Source: a virus. From it: 50,010 bases of DNA. Below the pieces are notes generated by a model. The model was not told the DNA's origin. It saw only the letters and a program-made list of their open reading frames with translations, and made no database searches. The stretch is taken from IMG/VR virus record IMGVR_UViG_3300048913_000097, one strand, 5' to 3'. The first letter of the stretch is position 1. Each line of letters opens with the position of its first letter. The position numbers and the translations under genes were made by a program. Below are positions 7,832 to 15,073 of the stretch, piece by piece.

Positions 7832-8193
7832 CCCCAACACTCGAAACGATGCTGGCTGAGTGGCGCGACCTTGAAGCACGTGCCAAGGCGGCACAGGCTG
7901 AAGCCGACGCACTGTTTGAACACGCCGGTCAATGTCACGGTGAGATCGTTGTGCGACTCGCTGAACTCGGTTGGGGTGCGCCACGTGGTGAGCCGGTTGT
8001 GACGCTGGATGACAGCGACGGGTGGATCGAGTGGAACGGTGGTAAACGACCTGTACACCCTCTTCAAATCGTCGATGTCCGTTTACGTGACGGTGACGAG
8101 AAATTCGGATATAGCGCCAATAACTGGGGGTGGGGTCACGAGCGGGACGATTATATCGTCGCCTACCGTCTCACCCCATCAACACAGCCATAG
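7828..8193 (+). CDS. Hypothetical protein, 121 aa
   Basis: ATG 7828 overlaps the upstream stop (ATGA). The gene ends 23 nt inside the convergent portal gene. Confidence 0.7.
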   Translation: MTPTLETMLAEWRDLEARAKAAQAEADALFEHAGQCHGEIVVRLAELGWGAPRGEPVVTLDDSDGWIEWNGGKRPVHPLQIVDVRLRDGDEKFGYSANNWGWGHERDDYIVAYRLTPSTQP

Positions 8194-9559
8194 CCGAATC
8201 GTGTGATACACCGTCGCGGGTCAGGGCGGTGTACGCACTCATGAACGCGTCAGTCGATAACGCTGGCGCTTTCTCTTCAACAACCGGTTCAGCAGGCATG
8301 TTCGGTTCCTCCAACCCTTCAAGTTCCTCGATGTCCTCGTCGTTGAACTGATACGCCTCTTCAGCCTGGAGACGGCGCTGAATCTGACTCACTTGAACCA
8401 CACTCGCGTCGAGATACGCGATATCCGTATCAGCACGCAGCTTCGCGGCTGTCGCCATCGCCACAGTGTCGGGCTGATCGAGTGGGTTCCAGACGTAGTT
8501 GTAATCCTCCGGCCAGTACCCCAGCGCTGAACGTACCAACACCTGATCGAGTGAGCGTAGGCCCGGGTCGAGCTGCGTCAGTTGTTTCGAGCGGATCGAA
8601 TTCTTGTAGTTGGTGTTGTCACCCTCACCGGTGGCGTTGAGCCCTTTGGCAGACGTACCGAACAGTCGAGTGACAGGAATGTCGGCGGCACCACTGATCC
8701 ACGTCATCAACGTTTCAAGCACCGGGGCAACCCCGGCGAGGTCCAGGGTCTTACGGTCGTACGTCTCTTCACCGTCGAGCAACGCCATCTGCACGAGCGA
8801 CTTCATCTGACTGAACAGGGTGTAACGGTCGATGATCGCCGAGTCCTGATCACTCGCCAATTCGTCGCTCAACCCCACACGGGTGATCACATCGACGTTC
8901 GCTTCCTGCATCAGCTCAGCGATACCGTCCTTACTCGCGACGATGTCCATAATGTCTTCGAGACACTTGCGCAGTTCCGAGTCGCCCCAACCTTGCGTCT
9001 GTGCACGTTGACGACGTGGCAGCTTAGCGCCCATGAACCGCGCAAAGTGTGACCAATGAACCTGTTGTCCACCACCGTTGATGGTGTAGAACTCCGGTTC
9101 GAGGTAATTCGCTGCCAGGACGTTCCAGGTGTTGAGCGTCATCGCTTGCATATCGAAGCGGTCGAACACGATCACACGTTGCAAGTCACCCTTGCGCACC
9201 GCGTTCAGGTTGAGCGGTTTGGTCAAATCTTGACCGGTAATCATGAGAATGCCGCCACCACCGTACAGACGTGCCCAGCTCAGCGCCTCGTTGCAGTCCA
9301 TCGGGATGTGGAGGCGATCCTCTTCGGCGCGGATCTCGTCAGCACCGTCACACTTGATCGTACGCCACTCACGCGTCATGTCCTCAGCGGGAATATCGAC
9401 GATCTGGCGGGCTAGCCAACTGGTAGTATAGGCCGCGTCCCAGCTCGCCCAGTTGTTAAGGACTGAGTAGCAGAACTGGTTGTGAGACCGCTTAGCCTTC
9501 GAGGTGCCGAGACCGGAAGCGACGTTAACAAGTCCGTCGGTAGTGGCTGGTAAAGTCAT
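8171..9559 (-). CDS. Portal protein (DUF1073-type)
   Basis: 462 aa, lying next to the terminase genes. The N-terminus ...DGLVNVASGLGTSKAKRSHNQF... and the overall size fit DUF1073 portals. Confidence 0.88.
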   Translation of the reverse strand: MTLPATTDGLVNVASGLGTSKAKRSHNQFCYSVLNNWASWDAAYTTSWLARQIVDIPAEDMTREWRTIKCDGADEIRAEEDRLHIPMDCNEALSWARLYGGGGILMITGQDLTKPLNLNAVRKGDLQRVIVFDRFDMQAMTLNTWNVLAANYLEPEFYTINGGGQQVHWSHFARFMGAKLPRRQRAQTQGWGDSELRKCLEDIMDIVASKDGIAELMQEANVDVITRVGLSDELASDQDSAIIDRYTLFSQMKSLVQMALLDGEETYDRKTLDLAGVAPVLETLMTWISGAADIPVTRLFGTSAKGLNATGEGDNTNYKNSIRSKQLTQLDPGLRSLDQVLVRSALGYWPEDYNYVWNPLDQPDTVAMATAAKLRADTDIAYLDASVVQVSQIQRRLQAEEAYQFNDEDIEELEGLEEPNMPAEPVVEEKAPALSTDAFMSAYTALTRDGVSHDSAMAVLMG

Positions 9560-9560
9560 G

Positions 9561-9589
9561 TTGACGAACCCGTCATAGTGTCATATGCT
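9561..9589 (+). promoter_or_regulatory. Operator-promoter: TTGACG-N17-TATGCT, dyad 9562-9575
   Basis: TTGACGaacccgtcatagtgtcaTATGCT. The -35 begins 2 nt from the portal ATG on the other strand. Confidence 0.6.
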
Positions 9590-9626
9590 CCAGTGTATCT
9601 TAAACGTGGCACAGAGGGGAAACATC

Positions 9627-9986
9627 ATGGGTGACAACAACGTAACACTTGACAAGCGTGATCTGTTCGATGCGGTGCGATCAGCTATCAAAGACGCAAT
9701 GCTTGAACAGGGTAGCCGTGAAGACGGTGTCGAACTGTTCGAGGATGCTACGGATCGGACCAACAAGTGTTTATCGGAACTCTACGCTTCGTTACCTGAC
9801 GGGTTCACCGTCGGTCAGGTGTTGAAATGTGTAGCGATTCCTGATCGTCACGACGGGTATTTCACTATTGGTCGGGAATACATCGTTGTGAGCGTAGATC
9901 TAGACGATGACGAATTACCGCTTAAAATGACCTGTGATACAGCCATCACGCTGTGGTGTGAGGCCGAAGCATTCGTAGCGTCATAA
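9627..9986 (+). CDS. Hypothetical acidic protein, 119 aa
   Basis: GAGGGG 7 nt upstream of ATG 9627. The track ORF starts earlier, at 9585, without an RBS. The gene ends 6 nt inside the convergent TerL gene. Confidence 0.7.
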   Translation: MGDNNVTLDKRDLFDAVRSAIKDAMLEQGSREDGVELFEDATDRTNKCLSELYASLPDGFTVGQVLKCVAIPDRHDGYFTIGREYIVVSVDLDDDELPLKMTCDTAITLWCEAEAFVAS

Positions 9987-11384
9987 CATCGACCCAATCG
10001 GCACTTTCGCCAACATCCCCCGGCACGCAGCGATGATGAACGAGTCTGCGATGTTGGGGGATACGATCTCGCGCTTAGCCAGATCCTTCTTGCTCTCCAC
10101 CTTGACCTTCCCCGCGTTGTCGAAGTCACGCATGGGCGTCGACAGCTCATCAATCAGCTTGTTCAACAACTTCGCGTCACACTCACTCGACAGGCTGATC
10201 ATCTGATCAGCGGGGAACTGTCGACCCTTTGTCACGGCCAGATACGTGTTACGGAAGCGATCCGCTGCGAGCCACCATGCTTGGGCTTTCAGATTTGCGA
10301 AAAAGTCCTCGTTGGTGATCTTGGTGTCGCCGTAGTGACGTTTCGGGTCGCTCACCTTGCCGCCAGCGTTGAAACGGTAGTGACGGCGCCACAGCAACGA
10401 GTTCAGGTGAGACCCTGTACCAGCGCCTACCCCGATGCTGTCGTAACCGATCTGCGACGCCTGGAGACGTTCGGCGGTCATTTTCACACGGGCTGCCGAC
10501 TCTCGTAACTCATCCTGTCCGCCTTTCCACTCGTCGAGGTCGATGCAGACCATCCCATCCATTGTAGTGGTGGCGTTCTTGTCGTCCCCATCGTCCGCCA
10601 CGTCGTAACCAACGGTCTTGCCCCCGGTCCATGTACCCGACAGCGGTTTAACGATCTTGTGCGCGTCTACAGCGGCTTGGAGCCACGCACGTTTGATAAC
10701 GACACTGTCGTCGCTGTCGAACGGAACGCCTTTGTACGTGTGGATCGCGAGGTCGTAGTCTTCCTCAAACGCCGACTCGATATCAGCCAAGGCGGAAGGG
10801 GAGAGGAACGGGTTTTCGTCGTAATTGATTTGACGGATCAGCGTACCGCGTGGCGGCGAGATAACGAGACGCTTCCAGGCGAAGTCGGTAGCGAATCGGG
10901 CGTTGAACGAGAACCACATCTCGGCGCCATCGTTACGCATGACCGTCGGGCGCACCGTGTTGAACGCTGATTCAGTCATCAGGTGGGCTTCCTCCCACCA
11001 TGACACCGTTGCACCTTCAAACGATTTGATCTCGTCGACGTTGCGCGCCACACCGTAGAACCGGAACAGCGACCCGTTGGTCTTGTGCTCAATGGCGTCG
11101 GCGTAAATCTTGAAATTCTTGTCCAGCTCGAAATAGCTGATCTTGTCCTTCAACAACGTGTACACCGAGTCGGCGATACGGTTCTGGAACATCCGCAGGC
11201 ACAGGAAGCGTTCGGTGCTGAAGTTTGCCCGGGCTATGGCCACACCGGCCATGTCGTGGGACTTGGAGGACATCCGGCCACCGTGTAACACCCTGAACCG
11301 CACCGGGTCGCCTTCAGGCGTCTCACGGGTTGTCCAGAAATCACGGAGTGCGGGATTAAGAGTTGGACCCATAGAAATCGTCAA
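9981..11384 (-). CDS. terL: Terminase large subunit (PBSX/Terminase_3-like)
   Basis: 467 aa. Walker-A-like HGGRMSSKSH. The C-terminal nuclease half carries conserved acidic residues. The start overlaps TerS. Confidence 0.9.
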   Translation of the reverse strand: MTISMGPTLNPALRDFWTTRETPEGDPVRFRVLHGGRMSSKSHDMAGVAIARANFSTERFLCLRMFQNRIADSVYTLLKDKISYFELDKNFKIYADAIEHKTNGSLFRFYGVARNVDEIKSFEGATVSWWEEAHLMTESAFNTVRPTVMRNDGAEMWFSFNARFATDFAWKRLVISPPRGTLIRQINYDENPFLSPSALADIESAFEEDYDLAIHTYKGVPFDSDDSVVIKRAWLQAAVDAHKIVKPLSGTWTGGKTVGYDVADDGDDKNATTTMDGMVCIDLDEWKGGQDELRESAARVKMTAERLQASQIGYDSIGVGAGTGSHLNSLLWRRHYRFNAGGKVSDPKRHYGDTKITNEDFFANLKAQAWWLAADRFRNTYLAVTKGRQFPADQMISLSSECDAKLLNKLIDELSTPMRDFDNAGKVKVESKKDLAKREIVSPNIADSFIIAACRGMLAKVPIGSML

Positions 11385-11928
11385 GCCTTGCGCGGGTAGT
11401 TACTTCACCGGAAAGTTTAATCTCGGTTGGTTTGTTATAACCCATAAGTTCGGCAAGTTGTTTCATCGCTGCTCGACGGTCTGCCGGACTTGTAAGTTTG
11501 TATCTAACGCCGCCTTCCGGATCAATAATAACTTCCGCAACATCGGCAAGTTTGTCGGGGTTATTTAAGTCTGCGACTGTAACTTTCGTTAACGCCATAT
11601 CATTTAACAACAGCGCCATATCGTCACGGGACATAATCGCGTCGGCAAGCCGATTAGTTTGATTGGACTTTAACGAACTGACGAACTCGGCAACCTTTTG
11701 ATTTCCCATGATCTGACTGGCGCTCATGTCGGCACCAGCATCCGTCTTCGCCTTACCACCGGCACGACGATACGCAGCACGTTGAGTCAACCCTTCGAGT
11801 GTCCCGATCACCACGCCTTGCTGCAAACGAGTCAGGGCGTGGAATGCCGAGACCTGTTCGTCGCTCAGTTCGATGGTGCGATTGTCGATGGTGATCAGCA
11901 TTGCGGAAAGCCTTGCGGTTGAGGTCAC
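11356..11928 (-). CDS. terS: Terminase small subunit
   Basis: 190 aa immediately upstream of TerL. An HTH-like N-terminal region ...GLTQRAAYRRAGGKAKTDAGADMSASQIMGNQKVAEFV is typical of Terminase_2-type small subunits. Start is GTG 11928 or ATG 11901. Confidence 0.78.
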   Translation of the reverse strand: MTSTARLSAMLITIDNRTIELSDEQVSAFHALTRLQQGVVIGTLEGLTQRAAYRRAGGKAKTDAGADMSASQIMGNQKVAEFVSSLKSNQTNRLADAIMSRDDMALLLNDMALTKVTVADLNNPDKLADVAEVIIDPEGGVRYKLTSPADRRAAMKQLAELMGYNKPTEIKLSGEVTTRARLDDFYGSNS

Positions 11929-11973
11929 ACGATTGTCGCCGTCGCTGACAGGCGAGTCAATCCCGACAGGTCC

Positions 11974-12000
11974 ATACCCCGTAAAACTGATTCGGGGTAT
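11974..12000 (-). promoter_or_regulatory. Leader inverted repeat ATACCCCG-11 nt-CGGGGTAT upstream of terS
   Basis: 8-bp arms and an 11-nt loop. It is the counterpart of 49160..49184. Confidence 0.55.
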
Positions 12001-12048
12001 TTATCGGGGTATGTCGTAAGTCCTTGTATTTACTACTAATATATATTT

Positions 12049-12260
12049 TATACCCCGATACCCCGAATAAATAATATTAGTAGTAGAGTAGTAATGTATA
12101 TGAGAATACATATCATTATATATTATATCGTATGGCTGGAGAGTGAGAGCGATACGGGGTATTCGGGTAAACCCGCTACAAGCCACGTAATCCGTGGCTT
12201 CCAGGCTACCCCGGATAGTTTGCGAGTTCCGGGGTACGGGGTATACCGGGGTACGGTTTT
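12049..12260. repeat. Dispersed repeat A (homologous to 49235..49432), ATACCCCG-box rich
   Basis: Three conserved blocks are shared with copy B. They are TATACCCCGATACCC..AATAAATAATATTAG, GAGAGTGAGA.CGAT.CGGGGTATTCGG.TAA and TACCCCGGATAGTTTGCGAGTT.CGGGGTACGGGGTAT. Confidence 0.9.
12122..12170 (-). promoter_or_regulatory. Candidate activator-dependent late promoter A (drives terS operon)
   Basis: Minus strand reads CCGAATACCCCGTATCGCTCTCAC-15 nt-TATAAT. There is no TTGACA-like -35. Copy B has identical geometry. Confidence 0.45.
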
Positions 12261-12261
12261 G

Positions 12262-12450
12262 AGCGAAAATAAATTATCTCGACACCAGTTAAATTAAAAA
12301 TGATTATTTTCTGGTCAAAAAGTAACCAAATTAAATTAAAAATAAATTACTGAAAATTAACTAACGTCGAGATAATTATAAATCGATCAATTTTTAACCA
12401 GATGTCAACCAAAAATGATCAAAAGTCGACAGCGATAAATTACTGAAATT
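12262..12450. other. AT-rich, repeat-dense non-coding island
   Basis: Hand count gives 48 G/C in 12261-12450 (about 25 percent). A 12-bp inverted repeat AATTATCTCGAC / GTCGAGATAATT lies at about 12272 and 12367. Direct repeats are TTAAATTAAAAAT (12289, 12330) and ATAAATTACTGAAA (12342, 12435). Confidence 0.8.
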
Positions 12451-12471
12451 AAAAAACCCGCCTAAGCGGGT
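12451..12471 (-). terminator. Intrinsic terminator ending the early minus-strand block
   Basis: Minus strand reads ACCCGC-ttag-GCGGGT followed by TTTTTT. The stem overlaps the stop codon of 12462..12953. Confidence 0.75.
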
Positions 12472-12953
12472 CGTTGCATCACGTAAACCTGTTCCCAGGT
12501 CGGCCATCCTTTGGTCACATTTGGACCCCTGTCGACCTTTTTGCGCTTCACCTTGACGGGTGGAACCCATTCGAATTTGATGTCGATTCCACGTACTTTC
12601 ATGGCGTATCGGATGCCCGAGTTCTGACTGGCGCCACAGAATCCAATCGCCCTGTTCACCTGATTCAAGCTATAGCCCTCTCGCTGCATTCTCAACAGAG
12701 CGTCTCTGAACGGCTCACCTGTATCGCGTACATAGTTGGCGACCACATTGGAACTACCCCACGGGTTGTTGTCTTGGTTAGCTCTCAGTAACGCTGTAAA
12801 GGCATTACGTTCCATACCGATAATTCGGGACGCATCAGCGCGTGTGAACCCCTGATGGTGTATATCGTGTACGAGTCGCCAGAATGGAATACCCCAGCGT
12901 TCAGCAACTCGTACACGTGTCCAACTTCGCTTGGTTTCAGTGGCGTTTAACAT
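12462..12953 (-). CDS. HTH DNA-binding protein, 163 aa (candidate late regulator)
   Basis: HTH-like segments (FTRADASRIIGMERNAFTALLR and YSLNQVNRAIG). It is the last gene before the terminator and late repeat A. Confidence 0.65.
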   Translation of the reverse strand: MLNATETKRSWTRVRVAERWGIPFWRLVHDIHHQGFTRADASRIIGMERNAFTALLRANQDNNPWGSSNVVANYVRDTGEPFRDALLRMQREGYSLNQVNRAIGFCGASQNSGIRYAMKVRGIDIKFEWVPPVKVKRKKVDRGPNVTKGWPTWEQVYVMQRPA

Positions 12954-13230
12954 AGCGTTCCAACTTCCTGAAGTCGATACCGGTTATACGACCCAACTCT
13001 TTCCAAGTTGCACCAGCGGCTTTAAGTCGTTTCATGCGTGCAAGTTCATACGACGTCAACAACCCCGTGGACTTACGCAATGGTGACTGATAACGCTTGT
13101 CGCGTTTGTAACCGGCTGCTGCAAGTGCGCGACGTACAAGATGCACCGTACTTCCGCAACGAGTCGCCACAGTGTGCCAGGGGAGCCCAGAGTTGCGTAA
13201 ATCGATAGCCCGGTCGGTGTCTATGCTCAT
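12937..13230 (-). CDS. Double-HTH DNA-binding protein, 97 aa
   Basis: Two HTH-like units: LPWHTVATRCGSTVHLVRRAL and ATWKELGRITGIDFRKLERYV. Confidence 0.65.
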   Translation of the reverse strand: MSIDTDRAIDLRNSGLPWHTVATRCGSTVHLVRRALAAAGYKRDKRYQSPLRKSTGLLTSYELARMKRLKAAGATWKELGRITGIDFRKLERYVKRH

Positions 13231-13892
13231 GGTGCCGCTCCAATCATCGCCGCGTAAACGTCACGGTAGTCCTGATGCTCGTCATCGCCACATAGCGTAT
13301 TGATTCCAGCCTCTACCATCGCTGGGGTCGGCCTGAGTGGTACAAGCTTGTAGCCCTCCGACACCGGCGCGGGCTGCGAGGTGTACAGCTTCGTGCCGAT
13401 ATGCAACGCTCCACTGTCGTGAATCACGATATCGAAAGCGGAGATTCTACGCTCGATAACTCCGCGCACTGTTGCCACCGGATCACCCTGCCCACCCCTC
13501 AGTCGCTCGATTTCCTTTCCGCGCTCTTCTGACGCATAGCTGACCTTGTTGTAGTTCGTGCAGACCTGCTCATGCGCCTCTTTCAGCCGCTCATTCTCCG
13601 CCGTCAGCCGTGCGATGGTGGCTTGCAGTTCGGCGAGTTCGGGCGGGGCGTCGAATACCGTTCTTGTGTGGTAGTCCTTGCGGGACTTGAGCGGGTCTAG
13701 CTCGTCTTTTTCAACATCCGACCAGCCTGCACCACCATCGCCCAAATAACGGACTTGATAAATCGGCATAGGCTGGCGCTCGACGACAGGGGCGGCGAGT
13801 AGGGTGCGCAGCTCTTCAGCCTCTTTGGGCCACATGCCAGCGCGCAGGATGCGCTCCAGCAACTCCCGCGATACTTCAATTTTACTGCTCAT
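13227..13892 (-). CDS. Hypothetical coiled-coil protein, 221 aa
   Basis: Long ORF with ATGA overlap to the next gene. The central segment ELAELQATIARLTAENERLKEAHE is a predicted coiled coil. Confidence 0.75.
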   Translation of the reverse strand: MSSKIEVSRELLERILRAGMWPKEAEELRTLLAAPVVERQPMPIYQVRYLGDGGAGWSDVEKDELDPLKSRKDYHTRTVFDAPPELAELQATIARLTAENERLKEAHEQVCTNYNKVSYASEERGKEIERLRGGQGDPVATVRGVIERRISAFDIVIHDSGALHIGTKLYTSQPAPVSEGYKLVPLRPTPAMVEAGINTLCGDDEHQDYRDVYAAMIGAAP

Positions 13893-14064
13893 TCTTAACC
13901 ACCCTCAAAGTTGGCTTCGTTTCTGCTGGCGGCATTTCCAAAGCCTCGTTAACCTGGCAGCCTTTGCCGAGTTTGTAAGCACAGACCAGGAACCATGCGG
14001 CGTTCTTTGGATCGTCTTCGATACGGTCTGCGAGCGCTTTGATGATCAACAGGTCATTGCTCAT
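13882..14064 (-). CDS. Hypothetical protein, 60 aa
   Basis: The start is set at ATG 14064, which overlaps the upstream stop (ATGA) and follows GGGAGCAACAAGCGA. Confidence 0.55.
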   Translation of the reverse strand: MSNDLLIIKALADRIEDDPKNAAWFLVCAYKLGKGCQVNEALEMPPAETKPTLRVVKNEQ

Positions 14065-14369
14065 TCGCTTGTTGCTCCCGCCAGCGGTACAAAATTTGGG
14101 CACGGTAGGCTTCCGCCACCTGCGTGGTAATCACCGCAGGCCAAGCACTTGAAGCGTGCCGGAGTGGTGCGCTGATTCTCCGTTTTCAGCGATTCCCGAG
14201 CCGCGTCTATTTTCTGTGATAGGCCAGTTATTGCAGACAGTGCAGCATCTAGGTTGGTAACAGCTTTGTGGCGCGTGAGGCATGTAACTTTGACGACCGT
14301 GATGCTTGACCTGCCGCTAGCGGTCCATGAGCCATCCGGATTTTGCTGAACTTCGATGATGTTGCTCAT
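14061..14369 (-). CDS. Hypothetical protein, 102 aa
   Basis: AAGGA 8 nt upstream. A C-terminal CxxC...C motif is present. Confidence 0.7.
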   Translation of the reverse strand: MSNIIEVQQNPDGSWTASGRSSITVVKVTCLTRHKAVTNLDAALSAITGLSQKIDAARESLKTENQRTTPARFKCLACGDYHAGGGSLPCPNFVPLAGATSE

Positions 14370-14380
14370 TCGCTTGATCC

Positions 14381-14542
14381 TTAATCCCAGTAGCTCATGT
14401 CTTCGTCAACGCCATTTTGTGGCGACATCTCCCACTCGATTGCGTAGGTTTCATACAGCGACTCGCACATATCCCAGCGGGCCCATCCGGCACGTTTATG
14501 CATGTAAAAATAGGCGCGGAGTATCCAGAAGAACTTTTTCAT
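14381..14542 (-). CDS. Hypothetical small protein, 53 aa
   Basis: Below the track cutoff. ATG 14542 overlaps the upstream stop (ATGA). It fills an otherwise empty 170-nt gap. Confidence 0.5.
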   Translation of the reverse strand: MKKFFWILRAYFYMHKRAGWARWDMCESLYETYAIEWEMSPQNGVDEDMSYWD

Positions 14543-14997
14543 TCGCTTGCTCCCAGTTCGGTGAGTTTGAGGGCGGCGCCACTGTTCTGGTACAGGTGAA
14601 CGATCAGATCGCTAAGGTATTTGCGCTTCATGCCAGGGCTTGCGTCCCTGACTTTTTCCGCCATCGTTAGCCCCTGGTTCAGGTGTTGTCGATAGACCGA
14701 GCAGTTGTCAGCACGGCTTTCTGCCAATTCCTTAAGCGACAACTTCGCTCGATTCAGTCGTTCGACTTCGGCCTCCAGCTCCGCATTCCGCTGCTCGGCG
14801 GCTGTCAGGCGCTGTTGCAGTTCGTAATTCTTTCCCTCGTTAAACCTCAAGGTAGCCTTATATCCATCCGACTCTTCCCGCAGCGCAGCCAGTTCGGATT
14901 TGGCGACGTCGAATTCGGAGGCAAGAATAAAATCAGCATTCCGGCCTTCTTGACCCAAGCCGCCAATAAAGAAGTTGAATCGCTTCACATCATCCAT
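14539..14997 (-). CDS. Hypothetical coiled-coil protein, 152 aa
   Basis: The start is set at ATG 14997 (GGAG 10 nt upstream). The track ORF extends to 15117 and would overlap the upstream gene. Confidence 0.65.
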   Translation of the reverse strand: MDDVKRFNFFIGGLGQEGRNADFILASEFDVAKSELAALREESDGYKATLRFNEGKNYELQQRLTAAEQRNAELEAEVERLNRAKLSLKELAESRADNCSVYRQHLNQGLTMAEKVRDASPGMKRKYLSDLIVHLYQNSGAALKLTELGASE

Positions 14998-15073
14998 CTG
15001 CAAATCTCCAAAATCATGTCGGGCAGGCCCGTGTTTAGTAGGATCGCCAGGAGGGCGATGTAATATTCGGGGT

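Noticed and set aside
11974-12260. ATACCCCG repeats as a CRISPR-like array
   Set aside because: The units are 8-mers in both orientations with irregular spacing. There are no 25-40-nt repeats, no spacers and no cas genes.
12001-12297. 61-aa and 67-aa ORFs inside late repeat A
   Set aside because: They lie in AT-rich repeat DNA without RBSs and have implausible composition (IIIYYIV...). The homologous repeat B does not preserve either frame.
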